Part shown: in pieces, positions 49,399 to 63,943 of the stretch
Position numbering within the stretch: the stretch's first letter is position 1
Layout of the letters: every line of letters begins with the position of its first letter
Assembly: GCA_964187785.1 (NCBI GenBank)
Contig: OZ076409.1
Location: 71,860,001 to 71,924,000, forward strand
Origin: Amphiscolops sp. MND2022
Lineage: Eukaryota
DNA length: 64,000 nucleotides
Reading direction: 5' to 3'
Made by a program: the position numbers and the translations under genes
Notes under the pieces: model-generated
Databases searched by the model: none
Told to the model about the DNA's origin: nothing
Seen by the model: the letters and a program-made list of their open reading frames with translations, nothing else

Positions 49399-50474
49399 GT
49401 GGTCAGGGGCTTTACCCAGCAAAAATATAGCGAGGCCGGGGGAGGGTCCCGAGAGCCGAGCTCATTATATAAGTGATCAATATCTACCTCCCGGCAATCG
49501 TATTTCTCGACACGATTTCGAAAATGAACCACACGATTTGGCTGAAAATTTGCACACAGATAGAAGAGCAAATTCTAAGAACTTTTTCCTGCTGACGTTT
49601 TTCTGGGAAAATTCATTTTTGAGGGTTTTTTGCGTTTTTTTGGTTTTTTTTCATCTTTTTTCATCTTTGATTAATCAATGACCGAATCAAAGGCCATTTT
49701 CACCATGAAGGAAAGCCCGTAGCGGCAAAGTGCACTTTTATGAAAATCATCAATGGTCAACGGTCTTTCGAACGGTCCGAAAAAATTTCCCCCCGGGGGA
49801 AACCAAAGTGCCGAAAAGTGCCAAAATTATTTTTTTGACTGAATCACTTTGATCAAATTGATGATTTGAGCAGCCGGAACGGTCCGCACGGTCTCGAACA
49901 ATAAGGTCAAAAATTGTCAGCATCCAATGGGGGTTCCAAAAATGTAATTCGTTCACCTGTAGGAGACATCAGAAAAAAGTTGATTTTTTGGGGTATATGT
50001 CATTATGAGTGATTGGATGAGAAATAATTGTATCACTTTCAGTTGGATATGATGCAGCACAGGAAGCAGCTGCAGCAAACTTGAAACTGATTATGGGGCT
50101 GGGGTTTACCCTCTGTATCGAGCAAAGAAGCCCTAGGGCATAAGTTGTGTCAAAAAATGCCTCAAAGTGATGATTGGTTATTGCAAATCGATCAGCAAAA
50201 TTTATTGTCACCGGTGTTCCGAGAGTTGCGCAGCATCTCGCAGGAACAACGGTGCTTGCTTAGAAAGCAAAAAACCACAAAATCCCTTGAGTTAAGTTGA
50301 CGGCAGTCACCATAGACATTCACTCGTCAGGGTGATGATAATTATCGTTCAGTCCCAGAATAACTTACAAAAAATTGCTAGCCTCAATATTTCTTTTTCA
50401 TACTCCATTTGCAAAGGTTGCGCTGTTAAGTTTAGGCCTTTTACTAGCAGTGCTCTAAATCGGTCCATCGCTAG
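49399..50474 (+). mobile_element. Family G element (1076 bp)
   Basis: Near-identical to the previous unit except the first ~200 bp. Confidence 0.7.
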
Positions 50475-53400
50475 GTGGTTGGGGCGTTATTCCCCACGAA
50501 GTTCGCGGCCGCGGGAGACGGGACCCGCGGACCGCCCATCCAATGCAAAAATATACACTCTAAACAGCACCATTATAAATGCGATCTCGAAAATGAACTG
50601 TAGGATTGTCGTGAAATTTTGCACACGGATAGAAGAGAAAATTCTAAGAACTTTTTTCTGCTGGCACTTGTCCGAAAAAAATGTCCTTCATGGGTTTTTT
50701 TGGGTTTTTTCGGTTTTTTTCTCATCTTTCTCATCTTTGATTAATCAATCACCGAATCAAAGGCCATTTTCAGCATGAAGGAATGCCCGTAGCGGCAAAG
50801 TGCACTTTTACAAAAATCATCAACGGTCAACGGTTTTTCGAACGGTCTAAAAAAATTTCCCCGCGGGGGCATCCAAAGTGCCGAAAAGTGCCAAAATAAT
50901 TTTTTGGTCTGAATCATTTTGATGAAATTGTTGATTTGAGCAGCAGGAACGGTCCGCACGGTCTCGGACCATAAGGTCAAAAATTGTCAGTGAGTTATGG
51001 CGACGACCAAAATGACATTGGTTGAGGTGTAGGAGGCCTCTGAAAAAATTTGAATTTTTTGAGTCTACAGTCCGAGCTGAAGTGTTACGTATTATGAACT
51101 TTTCAGTACTATGTTGCCAATGACCGAGTACAGATAGGTGCATGGGTCAGCCTTATTGAAATGAACATTGGGCACTGGGCTACCGATTGAGTGCAAAAAT
51201 TATAGCCTAGTTGCTGTAGTCGAAGAAAAAAGTTCTCAGAAGTGTTACTTTCAATTTGTCATGTTGACTCGGAGTTACAAAAAGGTGATTTTCTCGCCAA
51301 CAACGGTCCGAACGGTCTTGGACCATAAGATCAAAAATTGTCAGTGTGCTATGGTGACGCCCAAAAACCCACGGGAACAAGCGTAGGATGCTTCTGAAAA
51401 AATTTCGAATTTTTACGTGGGCCCAAGAGTTATTGTGTTACATCGTAACAACTTTTCGGGTATGCATATCTCCCTACAGAGTACAGATAGCATTATGGGT
51501 CACCTTTTTGAAAGTGAACGTGGGCCACTGGTGTACTGCATGGTTATAAAAAATTTAGACTAAGTGCTGCATGGCGTGAATAATATGCCAAGATGTGGTA
51601 TTTACGATATTTTAGCACGACTCGCACTGACAAAAAGCCTATTTCTGCCCCAGCAACGGTCCGAACGGTCATCAAGTATAAGGTCAAAAAATATCAGTGT
51701 GACATGATGGCGCCTAAAAACCTACCAGAACATTCGTAGGAAGCTTCTGAAAAAATTTCGAATTTTTACGTGGGCTCGAGAGTTATGATGTTGCATCGTA
51801 GCAACATTTCGGGTATGCATATCTCCCTACAGAGTACAGATAGCATCATGGGTCACCTTTTTGAAAAAGAACGTGGGCCACTGGTCTATCGATTGATTGT
51901 AAAAAGTTTTCAATCACTGCTGCATGGCATGAAAAATATGCCAAGATGTGGTATTTAGCATTTTTTTGCACGACTCGGACCTACAAAAGTCCCATTTCTG
52001 CTCCACCAACGGTCCGTACGGTCTTCAACCATAAGGTCAAAAAGTGTCAGTGTGCTATGGTGACGCCCAAAAACCCACCAGTACACTTGTAGAGTGCGTC
52101 CGAAAAATTTTGGAATTTTTAGGTGAGTCCGAGAGTTATAGAGAGTTATGTTGTCACATCGTAACTACATTTCGGGAATGTATATCTCCTGACACAGTAC
52201 AGATACCAACATGGGTCATCTTTTCGAAAGTGAACGTGGGCCACTGGCCTACCGAATGGTGATAAAAAATTTTCACCAGTTGCTACAGGCACTGATAAAA
52301 GTGCTTACATGTGTTACATAGCATTTTTTCAGGCGACTCGGACTTACAAAAAGCTCATTTGCTCGCGAACAACGGTCTGTACGGTCTCCACTCAATGGGT
52401 CGAAAATTTTTTGTGGGCTATAGTGACGCTCAAAAACCCATCAGTTTACTTGTGGGATGATTCTGTAAAAATTTAGTGTTTCCGTGCAGACTATGTTACA
52501 TATTACATTGGGAACCGTGTTTTTTTCTCACCAAAATCATGTTTTTGAGTGCCCAAAAACAATTTTTAAAGCCCAGTAGCCACCTAAAATGTTCTTTTGC
52601 ATAACATGGGATGTGAATAACGTGAAGAAAGTGCTCACTGTGGATTTGGAGTTATCTCGAAAAAATCAGCTGCCATTAGACGTTACATTACAGAAAATCG
52701 TTCCTTACATATCGATTCATGGGTTGAGTCAAAAACAGCTAAAGTTCTTTTTCAGTCAATCAAGACACTTTTTTGTTCACAACCAAGTGTACAGCTGACG
52801 TCGAACCTATTTTGACCTTTCACAATGGTTATAGTTCAATTTTGAGGTACAAAAGCCTCTTTGACAAACAAAATTCCATGATGAAATTGCTTTCCAAATC
52901 ATTTTTTGAAGTATAGGAACGCCATTTTTAGCCGAGAACCATCTAATATCCACTTCTCTTGGCCCAGTGGCTTGTGAAAAATACAACTGGGCATTGACAA
53001 GGCACAAGGACCTTACTTCGAGTAGTAATGTGCCACAATATTTGCTAATCGATAGCAAATTTTGTTGAAAATTGATACAACATCAAATTTTTGGTGGACT
53101 CGAAATGACAAAATGGAGCTTCAGCAGCAACTATTGGCTTTTAGTGCAACTCACTGGCACTGTAATTTACGAAAATACGGTTTACAGTAGTTTCATGCTA
53201 CTTTTTCAGAATCTGAGGTACATAAAAATATCATACTGAATAGACAAATAACTTCAACATCGGAATTTTTCCGGATGTGTCACCACCTTTTTGGTATCAG
53301 CGGTCCTACCAACACTGTTTTTGGTCTAACACTAAACCCGAAGATCAACCAAGATGTATATCAGACTTGTAAAATCAATGCAAGGACTTTCGACATGTCA

Positions 53401-55210
53401 AAAGTACTGATAAGAAGAGAAACTTCTCAAAAATTCATGTTATGTGTCAAATTCCATTCCACGTTTTTTAATCGGTGCTTGTCGGTTATAGTATTACCGC
53501 TCAACAACGAGCTTACTGGCAAGAAACAACTTGTTAACAGTTATTAAAAGTATGTATAATTCCACCATGCTCGGTCTTGGCACATTTTTCATCCCTTTCG
53601 TTCTTAACGTGTAAATTTTACTTCCCAAAAACCCTATTTTTGTCAGGTCGAAATTCGAATTTTCGTGTTTTGATCAATATTATTGTGTCTGACGTAACCT
53701 GTGGCCGCCAAAATACTCAAAAACAAAAGTATGACTGCTATCAAATGCTTCAGTGACATGTGGGGCACGTTAACACGTTTTGGTAAGAAAAATTCCACTT
53801 CGAAGTGAAAATTTGGAAGACACATTGTGTCAATAAAAACTGAATACATGAAAAACGTACCTAACTCTCATCAATTAGTATTGATGTAGTAACTGTGTTG
53901 CGAATTAGAGGTCTATAGAGTGGTGTATGGGAAAACTGTGGCGCATAAAGCGTTGTTCATAACAAAGTTCTTCCAGTAACTACTATTGTGTTTTCAAAAG
54001 TTTCACTATATTTCACATATCCACAGAATGTGATTGATGCTACCTAGTAATGGAAAACCACTGTCGACTCTTCTTTAGTGGACTCAACAGTCCTGAAAAT
54101 CACAGACATGCATCACGTTTCATAATTATACGATCGAGGCTACACAATAATTTATTTCCGCTAGTTGCAGATAACTGAATTTCCTGATAGCCTTCCAAGT
54201 TGGCCTTGTGTCAACCTGGGAAGGCTATCAGTACAAAACACAGAGAACACAACTTGTTGTTGCCTCTAATTTGCTGTTGTTTTTGTTAAGATTCTATGGT
54301 ACCGTTTCTTTATAACATGTGGTTAACATAAGACAATTTCTCTCTGTATGAAACGACATCCATTGATAAGAAAGATTACAGTTTTTTAGTTGAAAAAGAC
54401 CTTGAAACTACTGCGCAATTCATGCAATTTATCCAAAACGTTCAATCATTTCAATAATTTGCGTCCCATTGAGCGTCACGAACCACTATACCTCCTTTAA
54501 CTGACAGTACAAAGACACATCATCCTTTGACCGTCCACAGAGCGAAGGCGTGGCGAGGCACGCCTTTCGAAGACCTTTGGCAAAAAAGTACTAACGTCCG
54601 TTCGTGACGCATACGAAAAACTATTTTATTTTCAACAATCGTCATAAAGCATATTTGTTATATCGGCCTTTCGTTACATTTGTGCAATGATACCTTTATC
54701 AATGAAATATTAAGTTATACATAGGTAACTGCAGTAACTTCGTGATTACCAAAGTGATATCAAAAGGTTGTTACATAAATATTTCTGACACAGCGGATAT
54801 CCGAAGTGTCATTAGGTACTTTTTCAGTGCTCGTTAGGAAAGCGAGCACTTTTGCTTGGACCAAACATGCTTGTATCAGATTGGTCATGTGAAGGCAGGT
54901 AACGGAATCGAAACAATGTTCCTCGTCAACTTTTTGGTAGGGTCAGAAACACAATGTTTCCTTTTTAACGTCCCCCAATTGTTTGTTAGCTTCTGTTCAT
55001 AGAGAATTGTTTCTGCGCAGACCAAAATATAGCAAGTTATGCAATACGCCTGATATCGGTTTTGCCCCACACAGAACTATCACTTAACATTTTTGTATGT
55101 TGACATCTTTTTACCCCGTAGTTCAACAACTCATGCACCTTCATTTCTTCTTCAACAACTAACTCGCCACCTCCTTGTCGTCTCGTGGTTTGTTTAGCCT
55201 CCAGCGCTAG
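50475..55210 (+). mobile_element. Family D element (4736 bp)
   Basis: Copy of 8927-13658; variant palindrome 54545-54566. Confidence 0.75.
50948..52480 (+). repeat. Internal ~354-bp tandem repeat
   Basis: AACGGTC anchors at 50948, 51302, 51655, 52008, 52371. Confidence 0.85.
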
Positions 55211-57198
55211 GTGGGCGGGGGTAATTCCCCAACAAAAATTACGGCCGGCGGGTTGGGTCCTGCCGGACGTTCAAATAGCGCGAAGCATCTAGTAGAAAAC
55301 AAGGAGTCCTGAAACAGCGATTTTAAAATTGAACCGTTAGAATTTGGTTTTAGATTGCATGCGGCCCTAAAATCCCCATACGAATGGAAGTTCCTGCTGG
55401 CGTTAAGCGATTGAAATAATATATAAAAAGTTATGGCCCATTTTTGGGTCACCGAGAAGGTCAAAATGAAGAAAATTTTAACTAAGTTGCTGATAACTCA
55501 AAATGTGTTAATTTTTGGACTTTGACTGTGAAACAAGCTTGGAACCTTCATTTCGTGTCTGTGGCATTGCACTGAACACAAAAGATGTAAAGTTTTCACA
55601 TTTTTTGAAAATTCGACATTTTTGAATTTTTTTTCACTACTATCAGTACACTATATGTCAAAAACACCTCTGAAAATTTTTTTTATTGCTTAAATTTAGC
55701 AACCTCGGTATCCATGGTTTCCGTCAGTACCTACTCGCTGCCAAACACTCAACAGTTTGCATCCAATGTGAAAATAAAATTATTTTCGAGGTCTTAGGTG
55801 TTTCACAAGGATTTCTCAACTTAGTATCAATTTACAAATTGGTCATTTTGAACACATTATTTTCATCGAAGCGTGTCATATACCGCCCTAATGCTCACGA
55901 ACGGGCCTACTGGCAACGTTGGAACCATTTATAGTAATAAAAAGTTTTAAAAAAATTTTTTCACCCCGTCTTCAGTCATTTTACACACTTTCGGAACTTA
56001 ACTTAGAAAAATTTCAACCAAAAACCCATTTTTTGTCAAGTCGAAAATTCAACTTCAGCTTTTTAAGCAAAATAAATAAATCTGACATAACCAGTGGGGC
56101 CCATGAAACTCAAAACCACGATTGAGACTGGTATCAATGGCTCCAATAACATATGAGTCGCGATAAGACGCTATTTTGAGCAAAACATCTCAATCGAGGT
56201 AAAGATCTCGCAAGCCAGCGATCACTGTGAAATGTGATTTCATCAAAAATTTACTCTTTTTTGTCAATCACTATGTGCACAGAATGCGTAGGGTGCGTTT
56301 CAGCACTATAATGAGGTTTTTGAAGGCATCGAGTTGCTCAAGGGGTGGTATGAGACATTTTTGTCCCATATACTACTGTAGTTTCCAAAAATTTTACCCC
56401 AATATCTGGAAATACAAACTTGACAAAATACTTTCAATTACTTTATTCAAAGGTTACAATATAGATGAACACTGTGGTTGATAAGAAACTTTCATCTCTT
56501 TCGTTTTCGGAAATATTTCCGTTCGCATGTGTTACATTCATAGCAGAAAAAAAAATCGAAACTGAAAAATATGCTATTTTGCTGATATAGAATCGCAATG
56601 ATTGTGCCTAAAAACTCTTTAAACACTTCTAACGCAACCTTACGCACCCAAAATGATCGAAAATGCTATTCACAATGGTGACATGTGCTCTTTCTACGAT
56701 CCTGGCTGGACAAGGTTTGCATATTTTTCAAGTACCTGTCAGCTAAATCTTGTGATAGCCTTTTCAGTTGGCCTTGTGTCAACTTGGGAAGGCTATCACA
56801 TCAAAAAACCATCAACAAAAATAATTTTTGTTTATTGGATCTTACAGTCGATACTTTTTTTCGTGATTCTATACTACCGTTAGTATATTTCATCAGGTCA
56901 CCTTACGATTGCATTCAGTCTTTGATAAAAACCTATGAACTCAAAGTCACATTTATATAGTTTTTTGCCAGAAAATAACATCAAAAATATCTAAAATATA
57001 TAAAATAGAGTCTTTAACATTTTTACGTTTCAAGTTTTTGCCGTTATTAGACCAATCAACGTCCTAGAGCCACATCCTGCCACATACTGTACAACGCCAC
57101 ATAGTGTTGCGACGTGCACAGTCTGTGGGCATGCCGAGGCATGCCCTTCGACGACGTATGCCGAATACCGCGGGCCTACGCCCGCGCTCCCCGGCTAG
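55211..57198 (+). mobile_element. Family B element (1988 bp)
   Basis: Head identical to 13659; palindrome 57127-57146. Confidence 0.75.
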
Positions 57199-60100
57199 GT
57201 GGGCGGGGGTAATTCCCCAACTAAAAAATCGGCCGGCGGGTAGGGTCCTGCCGGCCGTCCAAAATCAAAAATATACTAGTAGAAAACGGCCGGTCAAACG
57301 AGCTATTTTTTTATTTAACCGTTAGAATTTGGGTTTAGATTGCATGCGGCCATGAAATGGCCATACGAATCGAAGTTCCTGCTGACGTTTTGCGATTGAA
57401 ACACTTTATAAAAAGTTATGGCCAATTTGTCAGTCACCTAGAAGGGCAAAATGAGGAAAATTTTAACAAAGTCGCTAATAACTCAAAATGTGTTATTTTT
57501 TGGACTTTGACTGTGAAACAAGCTTGGAACCTTCATTTCGTGGCTGTGGCATTGCACTGAACCCAAAAGATGTAAAGTTTTTACATTTTTTGAAAATTTG
57601 ACATTTTTGAAATTTTTTTCACTACTATCAGTACCATATATGTCAAAAACACCTCAGAAAAAAAATTTTATTTGCTTTAACTTGGAAACCTTGGTATCCA
57701 TGGTTTCTGTCGGAACCTACTCGCAACCAAACAACCAACAGTTTGCATCCAATGTGAAAATAAAAAATTTTTCTGGGTCATAAGCGTTTCACAAGGATTT
57801 CTCAACTTAGTATTAATTTACAAAATGGTCATTTTGAACACAATATTTTCATCGAGGCTTGTCGGCTATAGCCTTAATGTTCTAGAACGGTCCCACTGGC
57901 AACGTAGGAACCATTTATAGTAATAGAAAGTTTAAAAAATATATTTTCACCCTGTCTTCAGTCATTTTTCAGTCATTCGGAACTTAACTTAGAAAAATTT
58001 CGACCAAAATACCCATTTTTTGACAGATCGAAAATTCAAATTCAACTTTTTAAGCAAAATTAGTAACTCTGACGTAACCAGTGGGGCTCATGATACTCAA
58101 AAACACGATTGGGACTGGTACCAATGGCTCCAATATCATATGAGCCGCGATAAGACGTTATTTTGAGCAATACGTCTCAATTGAGGGAAACATCTCGCAA
58201 GCCTGGGATCACAGTTAAAAGTGATTTCGTCAAAAATTTACTCTTTTTCGTCAATCACTATGTACACAGAGTGCGTAGGGTGAGTTTCAGCACTATAATG
58301 CGGTTTTTGAAGGAATCGGTCTGCTCAAGGGGTGGTATGAGACATTTTTTTTGCATGTAGTACTATATTTCTCAAAACTTTTAGCCCAATATCTCGAAAA
58401 GCTCACTTCGCAAATTACTTTCAGTTACTCTATTCGAAGCTTAGAATTTATATGAACACTGTGGTTGATCAGAAACTCTTGACTATTTTGTTTTTGGAAA
58501 AAAACTGCCTTGCATGTGTTACATTAGTGGCAGGAAAAATACCAGTAGCTCCAAAAATCACAATTTTGGACGGACAGACCTGCAATGATGCAAAGCAAAA
58601 ACGTTTCAACAACTTCTGGCGCCACTTTTTTTACCCAAGAGGTTCGAAATTACTATTAACAATGCTGACATTCGCTATAAATAAGATCGAGGTCAATTTA
58701 CTAACACTTAGGTTATACATTTATATCTGAGAAACCATTCTTTGTCAGGTCGCAATTTTAAATTTAGTTTGGGAAGCAATACTTTTCACTCTGAAGCAAA
58801 CCGTTGGGCCCAAATTACTCAAAAACTACAAAAAGACTGTCACCATATGCCCTAATAGCATATGAGATTCGACCGTATGTTTTTAACACAAAAACTCTCA
58901 TCCGAAGTAAACATGTTGAAAGCCTTGAATCACCGTGAGAAATGATTTCATCAAAAAATATTCCTTTTTCGTCAATCTTTATCTACACAGAACACGTTGT
59001 GTCATTTTCAGCCGTGAAATGAGCTTCTACCGTAATATGGGTTGCTCAAGGTGTTGTATAAGACAAAAACTTCCTCTTTTCTACTATCTTCTTCAAATAT
59101 TTCAACCCTTTGTCACAAGAAGTTAATATTCAAAATCTCTTTGAAATGTTTCTTTAGGTTGGGGTGAAGTGTTAGAACAATAATTATGATCGAAGAATGA
59201 TAGTATTGGTGTTTGGACCATGTCCGGATGAACAAATTGCAAAATCATGAAAAATTTCTTACCATTTTTGGTCATTTTGTCAGTACTAAAAATGTTAGCT
59301 GAAAAAGAATTTTTTGATGGCACCATTGGATTCCTCTCAAAAAGTTAGCTATATGAACTGTGTAATAACCCCGTATCTTTTCAATTTAAATAATTTTAAA
59401 AAGCAAACTTTTTTGACTAAAATCCTAAAAATCATACCATTTCCTAAAAAATTTCAAATGCCCCCCATTTGACGTATAAGAATAGCACAGAAAACTATCA
59501 CATACCGATCGACTCTACTTCCATTGTAGATTACCAGAATTTTGTTTAGAACAATTTTTGACGGATGCAAAAAAAATTTAAACCCTCCAAAAAAGGGCCA
59601 AAATTACACGAAAAAATTGACCTTAAAATTTTAAAATGTCGAAAAATCATCAAAACCACAGCTTCTTGGGGTTCTATCAACTACACGTGGTCCACAGAGT
59701 ATGTTAAAACAAGTTTTACCCGTATTTGAGCAATATGTGAAAAAGCCGACTTTTTTGGGAATGAAAAACATACCATTTCCTAAAAAATTTCAAACGCACC
59801 CCATTTGACGTATAAGAATAGCACAGAAAACTATCACATACCGATCGACTCTACTTCCATTGTAGGTTACCAGAATCTTGTTTAGAACAATTGTTGACGG
59901 ATGCAAAAAAAAATTAAACCCTCCAAAAATGGGCCAAAATTACACGAAAAAATTGACCTTAAAATTTTAAAATGTCAAAAAATCATCAAAACCACAGCTT
60001 CTTGGGGTTCTATCAACTCCACGTGGTCCACAGAGTATGCTAAAACAGGTTTTACATGTTTCTGAGCTATATGTGAAAAAACCGACATTTTGGGGAAGAA

Positions 60101-61960
60101 AAACATACCATTTCTTAAAAAATTTCAAATGCACGCCATTTGCCGTATGAGAATAGCACAGAAAACTATCACATACCGATCAACTCTACTTCTATTGTAG
60201 ATTATCAGATTTTTGTTTAGAACAAATTTTTATGGATATAAAAAATTTTTAAACCCTCCAAAAATGAGCCAAAATAACACGAAAAAATGGACCCTAAATT
60301 TTTAAAATGTCAAAAAATTATCCAAACCACAGCTTCTTGGGGTTCTATCAGCTCCACGTGGTCCACAGAGTATGCTAAAACAGGTTTTGCCCGTTTTTGA
60401 GCAGTATATGAAAAAGCCGACATTTTTGGGGAAGAAAAACATACCATTTCCTAAATAATTTCAAATGCAGGCAATTTGCCGTATGAGAGTAGCACAGAAA
60501 ACTATCACACACCGATCAACTCTACTTCTTTTGTAGATTATCAGAATTATGTTTAGAGTAAAGTTTTATGGATATGAAAAATTTTTATACCCTCCAAATA
60601 TGGGCCAAAATGACACGAAAAAATTGACCTCAAATTTTTAAAATGTCAAAAAATTATCCAAACCACAGCGTCTTGGCGTTCTATCAACTCCAAATGACCT
60701 TCAGAGTATACCAAACCAGGTATTGCCAATCTTTTGAGCAATATTTAAAAACACCGACTATTTGGCAAGAACACCATAATATGTTCCATATAAGAAGTGA
60801 ATCATTCCACATATATACCCGGTCTAATATTTCCAAATTAGCGATAACATTTATACATGATGGTTTTTGAAAGTGAGCTTCATAAGAGGTTGAGATGTAA
60901 TAATACGTAAATGGACCCTAAGTTTCATTGAAATCTCAATGGAATACGTCCAATCAACTTCAATCCTAACTATTATATAACAAAAAACACTTGAGTACAT
61001 TCCATCTCCCCATCGGGGGAGATGAGAATGTACTTTTCAAAAGCCAAAAACTTCGAATTTTAAATCTTTTGTAACATTGTATGTAACTGTTGAAACGATG
61101 AACGAATGAAAATGCTTCTAGTACCTTCATCAATTTTTGCTTCAGCTCCTATTTCTGCAGAACAAAACCAAAAGACACACTTACAGCAGTTAAGTTCGAT
61201 TGTATAACTCAGTGAGTAAAGGTATGACTGAGGAAGTTCACAAGTTGTTTCAAAAGTTTCCGGCCTTCCAAAATCATGAAACGTCCACACAACCAAGATA
61301 GCAAGTGAAAGAATGCTGAATGCACCTTATTAGATGAGATAAATAATGTGTGGAACTTGCCATTATCTCAAGATGACGTTGATTTATGATCTTTTAAGGA
61401 TAGTTCGATATGTGACCACAATAGTGGAAAACTTATTACTATTTGAAGAACACCGTGGAAAGCGTTCAGAAAGGACAGTATATTTGTTTCGAGCATGCAT
61501 GCGTGTGTTCCTTTGGTGACGTTAGCTTAGTGTACATGACGGAGGTATTCGAGAGATTATGATAGAGTTTACTCACAAGTCTTTGTTTTTTTAAACTTTC
61601 TATGCCGTTGAGTACATTCGTAAGGTACATCCATCCCCTTCTCTGGGAATGTACGTTTGCCAAATGACTGTCATCCAAAATTCGTAATCCGGACGAGTTT
61701 AACTACATAAACATGTGATGAGCGTTTTCAATTCACAACCGAATAACATTTTTTTTCTCGAAAATGATGATGGTTTTGATTTTGATGTCTTCTACTTTTA
61801 TCATCATGCAAACGACCTTACCATGTCTCTCTTCTGTCGTCATTTGTACAACGCCACATAGCGTTCCGACGCCCACCGTCTGTGGGCATGCCGAGGCATG
61901 CCCTTCGACGACGTATGCCAAATGAGCCATACCCGCACTCTGGAGTGCGGTAGCGGCTAG
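57199..61960 (+). mobile_element. Family F element (4762 bp)
   Basis: Near-identical to 21616-26378 including head; palindrome 61884-61903. Confidence 0.75.
59433..60775 (+). repeat. Internal ~336-bp tandem repeat, ~4 copies
   Basis: CATACCATTTC at 59433, 59769, 60104, 60440. Confidence 0.85.
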
Positions 61961-63943
61961 GTGGGCGGGGGTAATTCCCCAACAAAAAATTCGGCCGGCG
62001 GGTTGGGTCCTGCCGGACGTCAAATAGTGTGAAACATCCAGTAGGAAACGGCGACATAAATCAGCGATTTTAAAATTTAACCGTTAGAATTCGGACTTGG
62101 AGTGCATGCGGCCCCAAAATGCCCATACGAATCGAAGTTCCTGCTGACGTTAAGCGATAAAAACATTTTATAAAAAGTTATGGCCCATTTTACGTTCAAC
62201 TATAAGGGTAAAATGAGGAAAATTTTTACAAAGTCGCTGATAACTCAAAATACATTAACTTTTGGACTTTGACTGTGAAACAAGCTTAGAACCTTCATTT
62301 CGTGGCTGTGGCATTGCACTGAACACAAAAGATGTAAAGTTTTTACATTTTTCGAAAATTCGACATTTTTGATTTTTTTTTCACTACTATCAGTACACTA
62401 TATGTCAAAAACACCTCTGAAAAAAATTATTATTTGCTTAAAATTGGAAACCTTGGTATCCATGGTTTCTGTCGGAACCTACTCGCTGCCAAACACCCAA
62501 CAGTTTGCATCCAATGTGAATTTAAAATTTTTTTCGAGGTCATAAGGGTTTCACAAGGTTTTCATAACTTAGTATTAAACTACAAACTGGTCATTTTCAA
62601 CATAATATCTTTGTCGAGGCATGTCGGATATAGTCCTATTGCTCACGAACGGTCCTACTGGCAACGTAATAACCATTTATAGAAATGTAAAGTTATAAAA
62701 AAATTTTTCACCCGGTCTTCAGTCATTTTTCAGTCATTCGGAACTTAACTTAGAAAAATTTCGACCAAAATATCCATTTTTTGTCAGGTCGAAAAATCAA
62801 ATTCAGATTTTTAAGCAAAATTATTAACTCTGACGTAACCCATGGGGCCCATGATACTCAAAACAACGATTGACACTGGTATCAATGGCTCCAATAACAT
62901 ATGAGTCGCGATAAGAGGTTATTTTGAGCATTACGTCTCAATTGAGGTAAAGATCTCGCAAGCCAGCGATCACTGTGAAATGTGATTTCATCAAAAATTT
63001 ACTCTTTTTTGTCAATCACTATGTGCACAGAATGCGTAGGGTGCGTTTCAGCACTATAATGAGGTTATTGAAGGCATCGAGTTGCTCAAGGGGTGGTATG
63101 AGACATTTTTGTCCCATATACTACTGTATTTTCCAAAATTTTTAGCCCAATATCTTCAAATACAAACTTGACAAAATACTTTCAACTACTTTATTCAAAG
63201 GTTACAATATAGATGAACACTGTGGTTGATCAGAAACTTTCATCTCTTTCGTTTTCCGAAATATTTCCCTTCGCATGTGTAATTCGTAGCAGAAAAAAAA
63301 ATCGAAACTGAAAAATACGCAATTTTGCTAATATAGAATCGCAATGATTGTGCCTAAAAACTCTTTAAACACTTCTAACGCAACCTTACGCACCCAAAAT
63401 GATCGAATATGCTATTCACAATGGTGACATGTGCTCTTTCTACGATCCTGGCTGGACAAGGTTTGCATATTTTTCAAGTACCTGTCAGCTAAATCTTGTG
63501 ATAGCCTTTTCAGTTGGCCTTGTGTCAACTTGGGAAGGCTATCACATCAAAAAACCATCAATAAAAATAATTTTTGTTTATTGGATCTTACAGTCGAAAC
63601 TTTTTTTCGTGATTCTATACTACCGTTAGTATATTTCATCAGGTCACCTTACGATTGCATTCAGTCTTTGATAAAAACCTATGAACTCAAAGTCACATTT
63701 ATATATTTTTTGCCCAACAAAATCATCAAAAATATCTAAAATACATAAAATAGAGTCTTTAACTTTTTTACGTTTCAAGTTTCTGCCGTTATTATGCCAA
63801 TCAACGTCCTAGAGCCACATCCTGCCACATACTGTACAACGCCACATAGTGTTGCGACGTGCACAGTCTGTGGGCATGCCGAGGCATGCCCTTCGACGAC
63901 GTATGCCGAATACCGCGGGCCTACGCCCGCGCTCCCCGGCTAG
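61961..63943 (+). mobile_element. Family B element (1983 bp), mosaic
   Basis: Head like 35161, body like 37147; palindrome 63872-63891. Confidence 0.75.

Noticed and set aside
21616..61960. Assembly artefact duplicating F or D units
   Set aside because: Copies differ by scattered substitutions and indels and have different neighbours. Cannot be fully excluded without reads.
74..63739. All ORFs in the supplied track (60-148 aa)
   Set aside because: They are short, recur only because the DNA repeats, break at different places between copies, often cross element junctions, and show no recognisable domain (no HUH, helicase, RT, DDE or recombinase motifs).
542..63891. CRISPR array interpretation of the recurring palindrome
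   Set aside because: Intervals are 1.4-9 kb and themselves repetitive; no cas genes.
607..63943. LINE/SINE or LTR tandem array (HeT-A/TART-like)
   Set aside because: No poly(A) tails, no variable 5' truncation, no TG...CA ends or primer-binding site, no RT fragments.
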